DNA of 63,013 nucleotides, filler included, from Octopus bimaculoides (lineage: Eukaryota), in the NCBI RefSeq assembly GCF_001194135.2. It is 7 parts of 6 records of this genome, joined end to end, with 100 filler letters (N's around TTAATTAATTAA, not from the genome) between each part and the next. Parts side by side here need not be neighbours in the genome. Positions count along the whole stretch, not along the records: positions 4,691 to 22,498 come from NW_026356645.1; positions 22,599 to 34,137 come from NC_069006.1; 5 more parts are not named here. One strand, 5' to 3'. The notes under the pieces are model-generated. The model was given only the letters and a program-made list of their open reading frames with translations, searched no databases and had not been told where the DNA came from. Shown piece after piece: positions 12,280-24,988 of the stretch (positions are counted from its first letter, which is position 1; the number at the start of each line of letters is the position of its first letter). The translations under genes and the position numbers were made by a program.

Positions 12280-12591
12280 AATTCGTTTTATTGGCCACAA
12301 GGGCTAATATCAATTAAAAACATATAAGGACAAAGACAGGACGAAGGTTACAAAAGGTTTTGTCCGAAAAGGTTGGAAAGTTCGTCTAAACAGAGGAAGA
12401 AAACGGAGAAAGATATGATGAATAAATAGATAAATAAATAAGTAGAACTCGCAACGGGGGAGGCGCTTCGAAAAAGGAAAGGTTACACGTGGAAAAACCC
12501 ATAAAACCACGGGAGCCTGGTCAGAAAAAATAAGAAAGGGGTATAGAGCCCTTTCTCCTTTTACATTACCCTTTTTTTTTCTCTACAGCTG
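12280..12591 (-). mobile_element. 3' UTR of a Tx1/L1-like LINE (second copy)
   Basis: Aligns almost base for base with 10628-10915; AATAAA then (ATT)n on the minus strand. Confidence 0.6.
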
Positions 12592-13219
12592 NNNNNNNNN
12601 NNNNNNNNNNNNNNNNNNNNNNNNNNNNNNNNNNNNNNNNNNNNNNNNNNNNNNNNNNNNNNNNNNNNNNNNNNNNNNNNNNNNNNNNNNNNNNNNNNNN
12701 NNNNNNNNNNNNNNNNNNNNNNNNNNNNNNNNNNNNNNNNNNNNNNNNNNNNNNNNNNNNNNNNNNNNNNNNNNNNNNNNNNNNNNNNNNNNNNNNNNNN
12801 NNNNNNNNNNNNNNNNNNNNNNNNNNNNNNNNNNNNNNNNNNNNNNNNNNNNNNNNNNNNNNNNNNNNNNNNNNNNNNNNNNNNNNNNNNNNNNNNNNNN
12901 NNNNNNNNNNNNNNNNNNNNNNNNNNNNNNNNNNNNNNNNNNNNNNNNNNNNNNNNNNNNNNNNNNNNNNNNNNNNNNNNNNNNNNNNNNNNNNNNNNNN
13001 NNNNNNNNNNNNNNNNNNNNNNNNNNNNNNNNNNNNNNNNNNNNNNNNNNNNNNNNNNNNNNNNNNNNNNNNNNNNNNNNNNNNNNNNNNNNNNNNNNNN
13101 NNNNNNNNNNNNNNNNNNNNNNNNNNNNNNNNNNNNNNNNNNNNNNNNNNNNNNNNNNNNNNNNNNNNNNNNNAAGTTTGCGAGGGGGAGCCAAGCTCCT
13201 CCACCCAGCCTAGCCAGCA

Positions 13220-13262
13220 TTCAGGGACATGTTTCTGAGTCTTTGCTCGTCATCAGCCTGAA
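13220..13262 (-). ncRNA. Type I hammerhead ribozyme candidate with canonical core
   Basis: Minus strand TTCAGG-CTGATGA-C-GAG-CAAAGA-CTC-A-GAAA-CAT-GTC-CCTGAA: 6-bp stem I (TTCAGG/CCTGAA), CUGAUGA and GAAA boxes, palindromic ACATGT stem III, GUC site; the base pair closing stem II is a C/A mismatch. Confidence 0.6.
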
Positions 13263-14271
13263 GTAAGGACACAGTAATTGTGTCAAGGCCGACAGGAAGC
13301 GGTCCAGCTTCCTAGGGCTAAACGGCAGTAGTGTGTTCCCTTATTGGGATTGTCACATTAAGTTGACAATACACTACAACTTAATCGCTCCACTACTGCT
13401 TAAATCTCTCAGAGAGATTTAGAAATATTATATTTCTAATTATTATAATTATTATTTCAAATTTTGGCACTTGGCTAGCAACTTTGAGGAGAGCGGGAAT
13501 TCAATTAAATTGACCCCCCAGTAGCCAATTGGTATTTATTTTATCAAACCCAAGGAAACGAATAGCTAAGATGACTTCGGTAGGATTTGAACTCAGTATA
13601 TGGAGAGAACAATAACCATAAACGCTACAATAGCTACCACCACCACCACCACAACAGCCAACACAATCATGGCTACCAAAACCACTGCAACAATGAACTC
13701 AACAACCACCATCAATAAAACTAGCGCCACCACACCCACCACTGCCACAACCAGAGCAACCACTACCACACCAGGAACTACCACTGCTACTACTACTATC
13801 ACCACCACTACTACTACTACTACTACAACCACAAACAGAAACCATTACCACTGCAAAAGCAACAAAAATAACAACAGAGAGAATAAAAATTAAACAATTG
13901 CCTTCAATGTCAAATTTTCCGAGGCTGAGACTGAAACGGTGTGGCGGTGGTGGTGGTGGGCCGTTGTGTAAGGGTGGAGTGGCAGAAACGGAAAGGCTGA
14001 ACCAACATCAAACGAAAATGATGATGCGCCAACCTCTTCTTATGATCCTCATTTTCGTTTCGCTTCTTCCTCCCGGTGGCATTTCAGTGCAGCAGTGATG
14101 TGGTGGCAATCATTTGGCTGAACGGATAGTCACACACACATATGTATGTATGTGTGTGTATATATATATATGTGTGTGTTTGTACACACATAAATATACA
14201 CATGTATATTTACATGTATACACATGTAAATATATATATATAATACATATGTATTTATACAGGTTTGTGTG

Positions 14272-14313
<42 letters not shown>

Positions 14314-14930
14314 TATGCTCATATATATGAATACAAGCCTACATATACACATGTACACACACACATATATATATATAGACATGTGTATGCATATGCATAG
14401 ACACAAAGATATATATATATATATATACAGGAATATAAATATATACACATACACATACGTATATGTAGAAATACATGTACACACACATATGTGTGTACAT
14501 GTATTTCTACGGACACATATACACACATAAATACTTACTTACATATAGAAAGAGAGAGAGGAAAAGGGGGAGTGACAGACAGATGGACACAGACAGACAG
14601 ACAGGCAAGCAGACTGTGACACAGAGAGAGAAAATCTTTTGTTGGTGAGAATAATAGGAGAGGGGAAAAAAAAACCTCCGGGGGAGGTTCTTCAACCAGA
14701 TTCTTAAATGACATGACGGGGGAGTTTTTGTAGAGGTCAGAACAAGTTACACAATACTGGACATATATAAGGGAACAATAGGGGACATAATAGAGAAAGA
14801 ATAGGAAAAGAATAGGGTTACAATAGGAGAAACAGCAGGTGTGTTAGATTTTGTATGGTTAACGTGTGTGTGTGAGTGCATGTTGTCAGAATGGGTGTTC
14901 GTTTTTTTGTGTGTGTGTATTCATAAACAG

Positions 14931-14961
<31 letters not shown>

Positions 14962-15195
14962 GATGTATATTCATAAACATATACAAATATTTATGTGATT
15001 TCAGAATATGTAGGAATCTACATGTGTGTATATATTTGTGTCTGTGTACGTGCGAGTGTGCGTATGTGTGTGTGTATACACAGAGGCAAACAAACACACA
15101 TATATACACATAAACACACACACATATATATACATATACACATATATATATATACGCACGCACACACATATATATGCACATATACACAAGCATAC

Positions 15196-15226
<31 letters not shown>

Positions 15227-15299
15227 TATATACTTGTACATATATTTATACACCTAAATATATTTATGTATGCACGTGTGTGAGTGAATGTGTGCGCGT

Positions 15300-15540
15300 G
15301 AAGGTGCGTGACTTAGTGGTTAGGCTGTTGCACTCACGATCGCTAGATCATGGGTTCGATTCCCTGACTGGATGGCGAGTTATGTTCTTGAGCAATACAA
15401 TTCATTTCACGTTGCTTCCAATCAGTAGGGGTGGGGTGTTGGCCTGCTCGCGTCACCAGCAGAGTTGCATCACTTAAAGGCTAAAACAATGCAAAAGCGC
15501 ATTGTGACCAGCAATGTGTAACATCTGGTAGCCTGGTCGT
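15300..15540 (+). mobile_element. tRNA-derived SINE, family E
   Basis: A-box-like gacttagtggtt, B-box-like gggttcgattcc, then ttcatttcacgttgct.cca shared with the 29776 and 31990 copies. Confidence 0.65.
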
Positions 15541-15654
15541 TTAAAATGATCCCATCATATATATGCACAAAAGAGCACATAAATGCGGATCAAAGTGGGA
15601 AAATAGTACTCCAATACCAAAGGCTGAGTAATATCATCATCCTCATCATCCTTT

Positions 15655-15900
15655 CATATTATCATTTAACGTCCATTTTCCATGCTGGCATGGGTTGGAC
15701 GGTTTGACTGAAAGCTGGTAAGCTGGGGAGCTGCACCAGGTTCCGATCTGATCTAGCATGGTTTCTACAGCTGGATGCCCTTCCTGACGCCAACCACTCC
15801 AAGAGTGTAGCAGGGTGCTTTTTATGTGCCACCGGCACAGGTGCCAATTATGAAGCACCAACATCTTGACTACGATCTCACTTGGCTTGACAGGTCTTGT
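15655..15900 (+). mobile_element. SINE-like interspersed repeat, family D
   Basis: tttaacgtccattttccatgctggcatgggttggacgg...ctggatgcccttcctgacgccaaccactcc, recognised as a common cephalopod repeat; follows a (CAT)n run. Confidence 0.6.
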
Positions 15901-15919
15901 CAAGCATTGTAAATACATA

Positions 15920-16012
15920 CATACATTGTATATACATACATATAAATAAATACATTGTATATACATACATATAAATAAATACATTGTATATACATACATA
16001 TAAATAAATACA
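15920..16012 (+). repeat. 29-bp minisatellite x3
   Basis: Unit tacattgtatatacatacatataaataaa. Confidence 0.8.
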
Positions 16013-16180
16013 TTTCCTTAAATTTTTAAATATACTCAAATACCCAAAATTTCAAGGACTTCCTGCCTTAAAAACAGGAACAACACCAAAGTTATTTTGT
16101 GTTCTTTGCTACATTGGTTTCTATTAACCCATTTATTCTATCCGAAGAATTATTATTCATTAAGATAGAAGAAACACATA

Positions 16181-16225
<45 letters not shown>

Positions 16226-18182
16226 ATATATACATACATATAAATAAATACATATATATATACATACATATATTAGGTTGGTGCATAATTATTGCAAATG
16301 TTTTCAACAAATTTTATTCAACAAAAACAGTAACATGTAACAAAAACATCTTTAAATGATTATTCTGGAGCATATTCACTATCTCCTTCAATTAGTGCAT
16401 AGCGTATTGTTTAAACTGGCATTTTATTTAAATTCTTTGTTGAATAAAATTTATAGAAAAAAACCCGCAATAATTATGCACCAACCTAATACATACATAT
16501 ACATATATCATACATATATATATACATATATATATACATACATATACATATATATATATATACATACATATACGTTCATATATAGGCATCCATATATATA
16601 TTATTTAGCAGAAACAACGTGTATTACCACTTACCAAACTTTTATGTATAGTGTATATCTGACATATATCTATAATATGAACAAACACACACACACATAT
16701 ATATATATCCAAGACATGTTCACATAACACACATGGATGTATATATGTGTGCCGTTATACACCCAATCTTTACATAAGACATAACAGTGAGAGGTTAAAA
16801 GGGAATAAAGTATGGGGGGGAATGGTGTCGATGGCGGCAGTGGTGGTGGTGGTGGTGGTGGTGGTGGCATAACATGCATGTGGAGATTGAAGATTTAATC
16901 AGATTTAGCAAGAGCAATTAGGGTTATAACAACAATAGAAATATGAGGAGGGTGGAAGTGGAGAGAGGTGGAGAGCAAGGCGGCAGTGGGAGGGGGAGGA
17001 GGGGGTTATGACAGAAATAATGGGAGGGGGAAGNNNNNNNNNNNNNNNNNNNNNNNNNNNNNNNNNNNNNNNNNNNNNNNNNNNNNNNNNNGAGAGAGAG
17101 GGGGAGGGTAAGGGAGGGAGAGAGAGAGAGAGAGAGAGATAGGCAGAATTATATAAGCCAGAGGTAAGGAGGGAAATAGAAAGAAGCAAACAAGAGTGAA
17201 GAAGAAGAAGAAGAAAGGGGCAGGAGGAGGACAGAAGAAACAAAGAGAAGAAAAAGATGTGGAGGAAGAGAATTTTGAAAAAAATTCAACAGAAAGAAGA
17301 CAAGAAAAAAAAAATGAATAAAAGCAAGAGAGCAAAACAAGAATGAATGAATGAAAATCAAACACAGGTGGAAAGAAAGAAAGAAAGAAAGAAAGAAGAA
17401 ACAAAAGGAAAGATAAGAGAAAGAACAAAAGAGAAAGAAATGAAAGAAAGGGGTTAAAATATAAGGAAACCCTTACAACAACAACACCAACAAAAAGCAA
17501 TGGGGGTCAACAGGGTTAGCAGGTGAAAATCATGTCACATGGCAGGATGGTGGTGGGGGGGGACCCCTTAAAATATTCAGGGTCTTTGATTGAACAGCAT
17601 ATTGTTGATGTTTGGAATTATGTGAGACTGTCCGCACGCGCGTGTGTGTATATACATACATATGTGTGTATATGTCTATATTGAAATATATTTGCATCCA
17701 TAATGCACATATCTGTGTGTGTGTGTGTGTGCATATTTATATGTATGTATGTATGCATGCATGTATGTATGTATATATAATATATATATCATTTAATGGC
17801 CATCTTCCATGCTAATTTAGCTTGAGATATATATATGTGTGTGTGTGTGTGTGTATGTGTGTGTGTGTGTGTGTATATATACATACACACATTTACAAAT
17901 AAATATGCACATACATCTACACATATATACAAATACATNNNNNNNNNNNNNNNNNNNNNNNNNNNNNNNNNNNNNNNNNNNNNNNNNNNNNNNNNNNNNN
18001 NNNNNNNNNNNNNNNNNNNNNNNNNNNNNNNNNNNNNNNNNNNNNNNNNNNNNNNNNNNNNNNNNNNNNNNNNNNNNNNNNNNNNNNNNNNNNNNNNNNN
18101 NNNNNNNNNNNNNNNNNNNATATATATATATACATATATATATATATGTATACATATATACATATATATATATACACAAATC

Positions 18183-18290
18183 TACATATATATCATATAT
18201 ATGCACATTTACATATATATCATATATATGCACATTTACATATATATCATATATATGCACATTTACATATATATCATATATACATATGCA
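18183..18290 (+). repeat. 27-bp minisatellite x3-4
   Basis: Unit tacatatatatcatatatatgcacatt. Confidence 0.75.
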
Positions 18291-18728
18291 CATACAGATA
18301 TACACAAATATATACATATTTATGTGAATGTGTGTGTGTAAACACAAACACACACATATATATATATCACTATATTACATATATATTATACAAACATATA
18401 CCTATCAATATATATGCATGTACATATATATATATATATATGTACATGCACACATACAGATATTTACATATACGCACACAGATATATGTATACATATACA
18501 CATACATGCACATATATACCACCACACACTGATGGCGGAGGGCTGAAGGTGAAGATTCACCCTCCGGAAATAATCGGAATCGGTCATAACAAAAGAGCTA
18601 CATGTGGTAAATATCAGAGGTCCACCATCATCGGACAATGGCTCTGACATCACTTTCTTTCTCTTCCTATATAGATGTGGTGGGGGAGTGAGATAGAGAG
18701 AGAGAGACCATCTATGCGTGTGTAGGTG

Positions 18729-18765
<37 letters not shown>

Positions 18766-19096
18766 CTTTTGGTTTTTACCAGTTTCAGCCAGGGGCTGAG
18801 GCCATGCTGTGATACCACCATGATGTAGCAAACCCAGTTGGTCAGCATATAGAGACATCTATATGCATACTTCTACTATACACACACCCACACACACACA
18901 TGCCTATACATATATGTATGCATATATATATATATAAATATATGTATATATATATACACACACACACACACATGCACACATATACACACATAAATATATA
19001 TATATACACACATATGTATACATATATGTGTGAGTGTACATATATATATATATGTGTGTGTGTGTATACATATATATGTATACATATATGTATATA

Positions 19097-19847
19097 TCTA
19101 TATATATATAAAAATGAGAATGTGTGTCTGTCTGTCTATAAAAACGATAACTGTCCAAATTGGTGTGCTAAACATAAATTGTCGTTTCTGTAGAGCTTTA
19201 AAATTTTCAAATGAAACAAATGGTATGTGCTGCTCAGGCAGTCAGGCAAGATTGCCAATGCTACCAGCTCATTCTCAATCTCTTATGGATCTTCTAGAAG
19301 TCACTTCCATCCAGTCAAAGGATTTTCTGAACAATATTAGACAATACAACTCTACATTTCAAATGACATCATTTACTGCATTGAAAAGGATAGTTAAACA
19401 TGAATTTACGCCGTCAAAGGTTATGGGCAAGTGTATCACCTCATTGGTTCCTCGTTACCCACAAATGAACAACCACAGTTTCTCTAAATTTACTTTATGA
19501 GTGATGTAGAACAACAAACACGAAGGAGGTGTCAAAATTTCAGATGATGGGTCATGTTAGACACAGAGCCGACTGCTGCAAAAGAGAGTTATCTCCAATG
19601 ACAACTTTTCAGTGTGTTCAAAAATTCCCTAACTCCCGCCCCCAATTTTCTATGACAGGTTAGGACCTGAAATACTCCAAACAGACGCATAGCATGTTGC
19701 TTAGTCAAATTAGCACATCATTTACTCCACAAATGTTTTGTTGTCAATACTGCTCTTTCCCATATCACCTGTTTCAAAATAACTGTAATATAATATATTC
19801 AAAAACTATGCCATTTTAATCCCGAGCAATGTTGGGTATCTCTGCTA

Positions 19848-19848
<1 letters not shown>
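19097..19848 (+). mobile_element. Complete non-autonomous mini-Helitron retaining a Rep N-terminal fragment
   Basis: 5' A|TCTATATATATATAAAAATG; 3' hairpin cccgagcaatgttggg then CTAG|T at 19845-19849; internal frames CRFCRALKFSNETNGMCCSG...FLNNIRQYNSTFQMTSF and GQVYHLIGS...PQFL*IYF match the conserved pre-Rep region of Helitron RepHel. Confidence 0.85.
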
Positions 19849-19896
<48 letters not shown>

Positions 19897-20189
19897 CATT
19901 ATACTATTTTATAGATATTGTTATTAACAATATTTGTAGACAGGCTAGAATCGAAGTGCTCACATTGAGCTAAGTTCCAATTTATAATTTGAGTGGAGGC
20001 AATACGAGCAGAAAACTTGAGTAACATGACCTATTATCCAGCAGAATATTCAATATATATGCAAACTTACTTCGACATTAATAAAGCAACATAAAGCTCA
20101 ACTTAATAGAAGTATTAATAACATACAAGCATATAGACATAAACATATTTTTATAAGCCCACAAATATCTAAAAATATTTTAAAACATT

Positions 20190-20225
<36 letters not shown>

Positions 20226-20283
20226 CACGAACCAATGCAGGCATGGACATTAAATGATGATGATAGATGTATAAACACAGCAA

Positions 20284-20425
20284 GCTTCTTTCAGTTTCCA
20301 TCTACCAAATCCACTCACAAGGCTTTGACGCTTTGGTTGGCTTGAGGCTATTGTAGAAAACACTTGCCCAAGGTGCCACACAGAGGGACTGAACCCAGAA
20401 CCATGTGGTTAGGAAGTAAACTTCC
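20284..20425 (-). mobile_element. tRNA-derived SINE, family B
   Basis: cagtttccatctaccaaatccactcacaaggc...cacttgcccaaggtgccac...gactgaacccagaaccatgtggtt. Confidence 0.75.
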
Positions 20426-20446
20426 TATATACCACACAACCACACA

Positions 20447-20483
<37 letters not shown>

Positions 20484-20945
20484 CACACAAAATTATAGAT
20501 ATATATGAATATACACATATGTATACATACATATACACAAACGTGCCCATGTTTATATACAAGAATATTTATACATACACACAGATACACACAAGACTAA
20601 AAGATTAAGTGCGTATGAACTTAATTTGTCAAATACATACACACATATATAAATATACATATATATACACACACACACACACACATGTATATATGCATAC
20701 AGATTTATGACATATACTCACGTACAGTGTTAGAAGACATATCAATATACACACATGTACACACACTTATCTTTGTCAAATGAACTCATTCTTTATGCAT
20801 CATTTCACAGACACTCACTATATATAGCTACTATTTGCATTACAGCAATATATTTAACAACTGACAACTCATATACATACATGCATACACACATAAGTAT
20901 GAATACGTGTGCATACACAAACACACATATATATATACACGTGTG

Positions 20946-20991
<46 letters not shown>

Positions 20992-21686
20992 NNNNNNNNN
21001 NNNNNNNNNNNNNNNNNNNNNNNNNNNNNNNNNNNNNNNNNNNNNNNNNNNNNNNNNNNNNNNNNNNNNNNNNNNNNNNNNNNNNNNNNNNNNNNNNNNN
21101 NNNNNNNNNNNNNNNNNNNNNNNNNNNNNNNNNNNNNNNNNNNNNNNNNNNNNNNNNNNNNNNNNNNNNNNNNNNNNNNNNNNNNNNNNNNNNNNNNNNN
21201 NNNNNNNNNNNNNNNNNNNNNNNNNNNNNNNNNNNNNNNNNNNNNNNNNNNNNNNNNNNNNNNNNNNNNNNNNNNNNNNNNNNNNNNNNNNNNNNNNNNN
21301 NNNNNNNNNNNNNNNNNNNNNNNNNNNNNNNNNNNNNNNNNNNNNNNNNNNNNNNNNNNNNNNNNNNNNNNNNNNNNNNNNNNNNNNNNNNNNNNNNNNN
21401 NNNNNNNNNNNNNNNNNNNNNNNNNNNNNNNNNNNNNNNNNNNNNNNNNNNNNNNNNNNNNNNNNNNNNNNNNNNNNNNNNNNNNNNNNNNNNNNNNNNN
21501 NNNNNNNNNNNNNNNNNNNNNNNNNNNNNNNNNNNNNNNNNNNNNNNNNNNNNNNNNNNNNNNNNNNNNNNNNNNNNNNNNNNNNNNNNNNNNNNNNNNN
21601 NNNNNNNNNNNNNNNNNNNNNNNNNNNNNNNNNNNNNNNNNNNNNNNNNNNNNNNNNNNNNNNNNNNNNNNNNNNNNNNNNNNNNN

Positions 21687-21800
21687 CAAGCAGATAGATA
21701 GTGAAACAAGCAGATAGATAGTGAAACAAGCAGATAGATAGTGAAACAAGCAGATAGATAGTGAAACAAGCAGATAGATAGTGAAACAAGCAGATAGATA
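21687..21800 (+). repeat. 20-bp minisatellite x5.7 (continues into gap)
   Basis: Unit caagcagatagatagtgaaa. Confidence 0.9.
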
Positions 21801-22035
21801 GATAGAAAGACATAAACAAAAAAACAGATATATAGACAGACAGATAGATTAGACAGATAGATAGATAGAGACAAAAAATAGAAAGACAGATAGATATATG
21901 TCTGTATTTATGTGTATATATCCGACTGTGTATCCATGTTAATGTGTACATATATATGTGTGTGTCTTGTATGCACTGAACTTAGTACATATGTTTTTCT
22001 TTATATGTGTACAAAAGGGAATGAGTGCTTGTAAT

Positions 22036-22119
<84 letters not shown>

Positions 22120-22298
22120 CATATATATATATATATATATACATACATGTCAGCATCTATGCATAATATGCTTTATATATACATACATACATACACACAA
22201 ACACACATTCAGATATACTAACTTACAGATACACACACAGACACAAATATATATTTATGTACATTATATACATATACATATACATGCATGTGAATGAG

Positions 22299-22344
<46 letters not shown>

Positions 22345-22542
22345 TATATACATACACACTGGATCTGTTATAATCTGTATCATTTTATAGAGTAGGCTCC
22401 CTAAGTAGGATGAAAAAAACAAGATAATACACACACACACACACACATACATACACAAAGTGCCTGTCTGCATACATTACACAGTTGAAGGGTCTAATNN
22501 NNNNNNNNNNNNNNNNNNNNNNNNNNNNNNNNNNNNNNNNNN

Positions 22543-22554
22543 TTAATTAATTAA
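22543..22554. other. Artificial scaffold-join spacer TTAATTAATTAA
   Basis: N44-12mer-N44. Confidence 0.95.
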
Positions 22555-22909
22555 NNNNNNNNNNNNNNNNNNNNNNNNNNNNNNNNNNNNNNNNNNNNTT
22601 TACCATCCAAGCAGAAAGTACAAAAGATCGTCTTAACTGGTAAATCACACGTATAGAGAAGAACATTGTCGTTGTGAATTTTCTTTCCTTTTCCCCTTTT
22701 ATTTTATTTGTTTACTTTCATATTTTTTTAGTTTTTCCCTTTTCTCTCTGTCCTTTCCCCCCTTCTCTATCACATGACTTTGTAAATGAACAATATAATG
22801 TATTTAATTTCATGGCCTACAAATGTATACATTGCGTTTCCCTGCCCTAGGTATCAGGAAGACACTCGGCAAGAAAAAGAAACAGAATTGAAACAAGATG
22901 ATAATGAAA

Positions 22910-22971
<62 letters not shown>

Positions 22972-23766
22972 TAACCGACCCATAACAAAACCAATCAAAA
23001 GCAAGAGAAAGGCGGATGGATNNNNNNNNNNNNNNNNNNNNNNNNNNNNNNNNNNNNNNNNNNNNNNNNNNNNNNNNNNNNNNNNNNNNNNNNNNNNNNN
23101 NNNNNNNNNNNNNNNNNNNNNNNNNNNNNNNNNNNNNNNNNNNNNNNNNNNNNNNNNNNNNNNNNNNNNNNNNNNNNNNNNNNNNNNNNNNNNNNTACAA
23201 AAAAATCAACCCACACCACCCCACCAGGACAAAAGTGCAACGAATGATGCAATAGAAAGTTGCTTGAAACTATCAGTGGTGACGACGACGGTGACGACGA
23301 CGGTGACGAACGTTGCCTTAGCTCAGTTTATGAGAAACAGGAGTTTCCGAAGAACTCTGGTTGTAACAGCGAAAATGACGCTGGATCCTTAAGGGAAGGT
23401 TTCACACTAAGCAGTGGATTAGTAAAGATACAGACTGACTACAGCTGTCATTCTAATACAGCATCAGCAGATAATAGAGTAAGGAGGAGCAAGTGGACCA
23501 GCGAAGAAAACAGGATAGTGATTCAGTGTTACTTAGAAAGTGAACCTAAAAGAAGGGGCTATATAAAACGGATGTTAACACTTGGGTAGAGAAGGGTATG
23601 TTTAAAGTGACTGAGCAGAGATTAGGTGATCAAGCTAATGCTATTAGGAGAAGAAAGAGGATGACAGAATTGGAGGCAGAAGAGACCACAAGAGAACTGG
23701 GAAAGAAAGACTAGGCAATAGGAAAGACAAACAACAATACAGCTCAAGCCCGAGAAGAACCTAAAG

Positions 23767-23832
<66 letters not shown>

Positions 23833-24813
23833 TGATGATAATAATAGCGCTACCGATAAGGAAGGGACAACTGGCACCAGCGACTTAAGGGATTTAAGTG
23901 AGGAAGATTAGAAGATTTTAGATGAGTTGCAAGAAGTAATGAGTAAAGAAGTAAGAAACAGATTGCCAGTATTAAAAGGCACCAACAGAAGGAAGCTGCT
24001 AGAAATGACTAGGAAAATAGATTCTGTTATCAGTAGGATAGATACTAAAAATATAGAAGACACTAACTTATTGATCTACACAGGAGGGGTAGTAGTCACC
24101 AGAATATTAGATATCTCACAGGGCAAGATTTTAAAAAGACTAAAAGTAGAAAAGAGGAATACAAAATGAAGTGAAGATTTTAAGACAAGATCTGAGAAGA
24201 ATAGAAGCCTGGAAAACAAACAAGTTGGGAAACACAAGACGAAATTCTTCCCTCAAGAAAAGATATTTAGTCAAAGAGAAAGGATTTGGGACAGTAAGAG
24301 AAGAGTTGAAACAGCGTATTATAGCAGTAGCAGGCAAGCTCTCCAGATATCAAAAAAGAGTATATCAGTATCAACAGAATAGATTATTTGAGACAGACCA
24401 GAGGAGATTTCATAACCAAATGAATAGTAGAGAACGAAGTACTGAAGATGAGAAACCTAGTGCAGAAGAAGCTAGAAAGTTCTGGAGTAATATTTGGGAT
24501 AAACCAGTCAATCATAATGGAGTGAGGGAAGAAATAGTGAATGAGAAGCAGCCAAATCTAAGAGTGGTTAGTGCATTAATGAGTGAAGTGTTAGGGAAAA
24601 TACCGAATTGGAAGTGCCCAGGATCAGATTCACTTCGAGGGTACTAGCTAAAGAAATTCAGTAGTTTACATGGGAGGCTAAGGGAACAACATCAGGATTG
24701 CCTTAATGAAGGAATAAGACCAGGAGAATTCAGAAAAAAAAACAAAAGGATGGAGACAGGTAGTGTAGAAAACAAACAGATGTGTTAGTATAACTCTCGG
24801 GAAGTGAAAAAGT

Positions 24814-24849
24814 CTTTAACGTTTCGAGCCTACGCTCTTCCACAGAAAG
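24814..24849 (-). ncRNA. Minimal type I hammerhead-like motif, variant core CUGUGGA (copy 4)
   Basis: CTTT-CTGTGGA-A-GAGC-GTAG-GCTC-GAAA-CGT-T-AAAG, all three stems intact. Confidence 0.6.
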
Positions 24850-24880
24850 GAACATGGAAAGAAACAAAGAGAGAAACGCG

Positions 24881-24988
24881 AATGTGTAGTGGCTAGCGAA
24901 TGTGTAGTGGCTAGCGAATGTGTAGTGGCTAGCAAATGTGTAGTGGCTAGCAAATGTGTAGTGGCTAGCGAATGTGTAGTGGCTAGCG
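24881..24988 (+). repeat. 18-bp tandem repeat x6
   Basis: aatgtgtagtggctagc(g/a); single copy in the 4745-5398 units. Confidence 0.95.

Noticed and set aside
13174-13310. VSLLQADD as an RT YADD remnant
   Set aside because: The ADD codons coincide with the hammerhead core CTGATGAC, the frame is short and other RT motifs are absent.
24881-24988. 18-bp array as CRISPR or a coding repeat (ASECVV)n
   Set aside because: No spacers, eukaryotic context, and it is an expansion of one segment of the inserted element.
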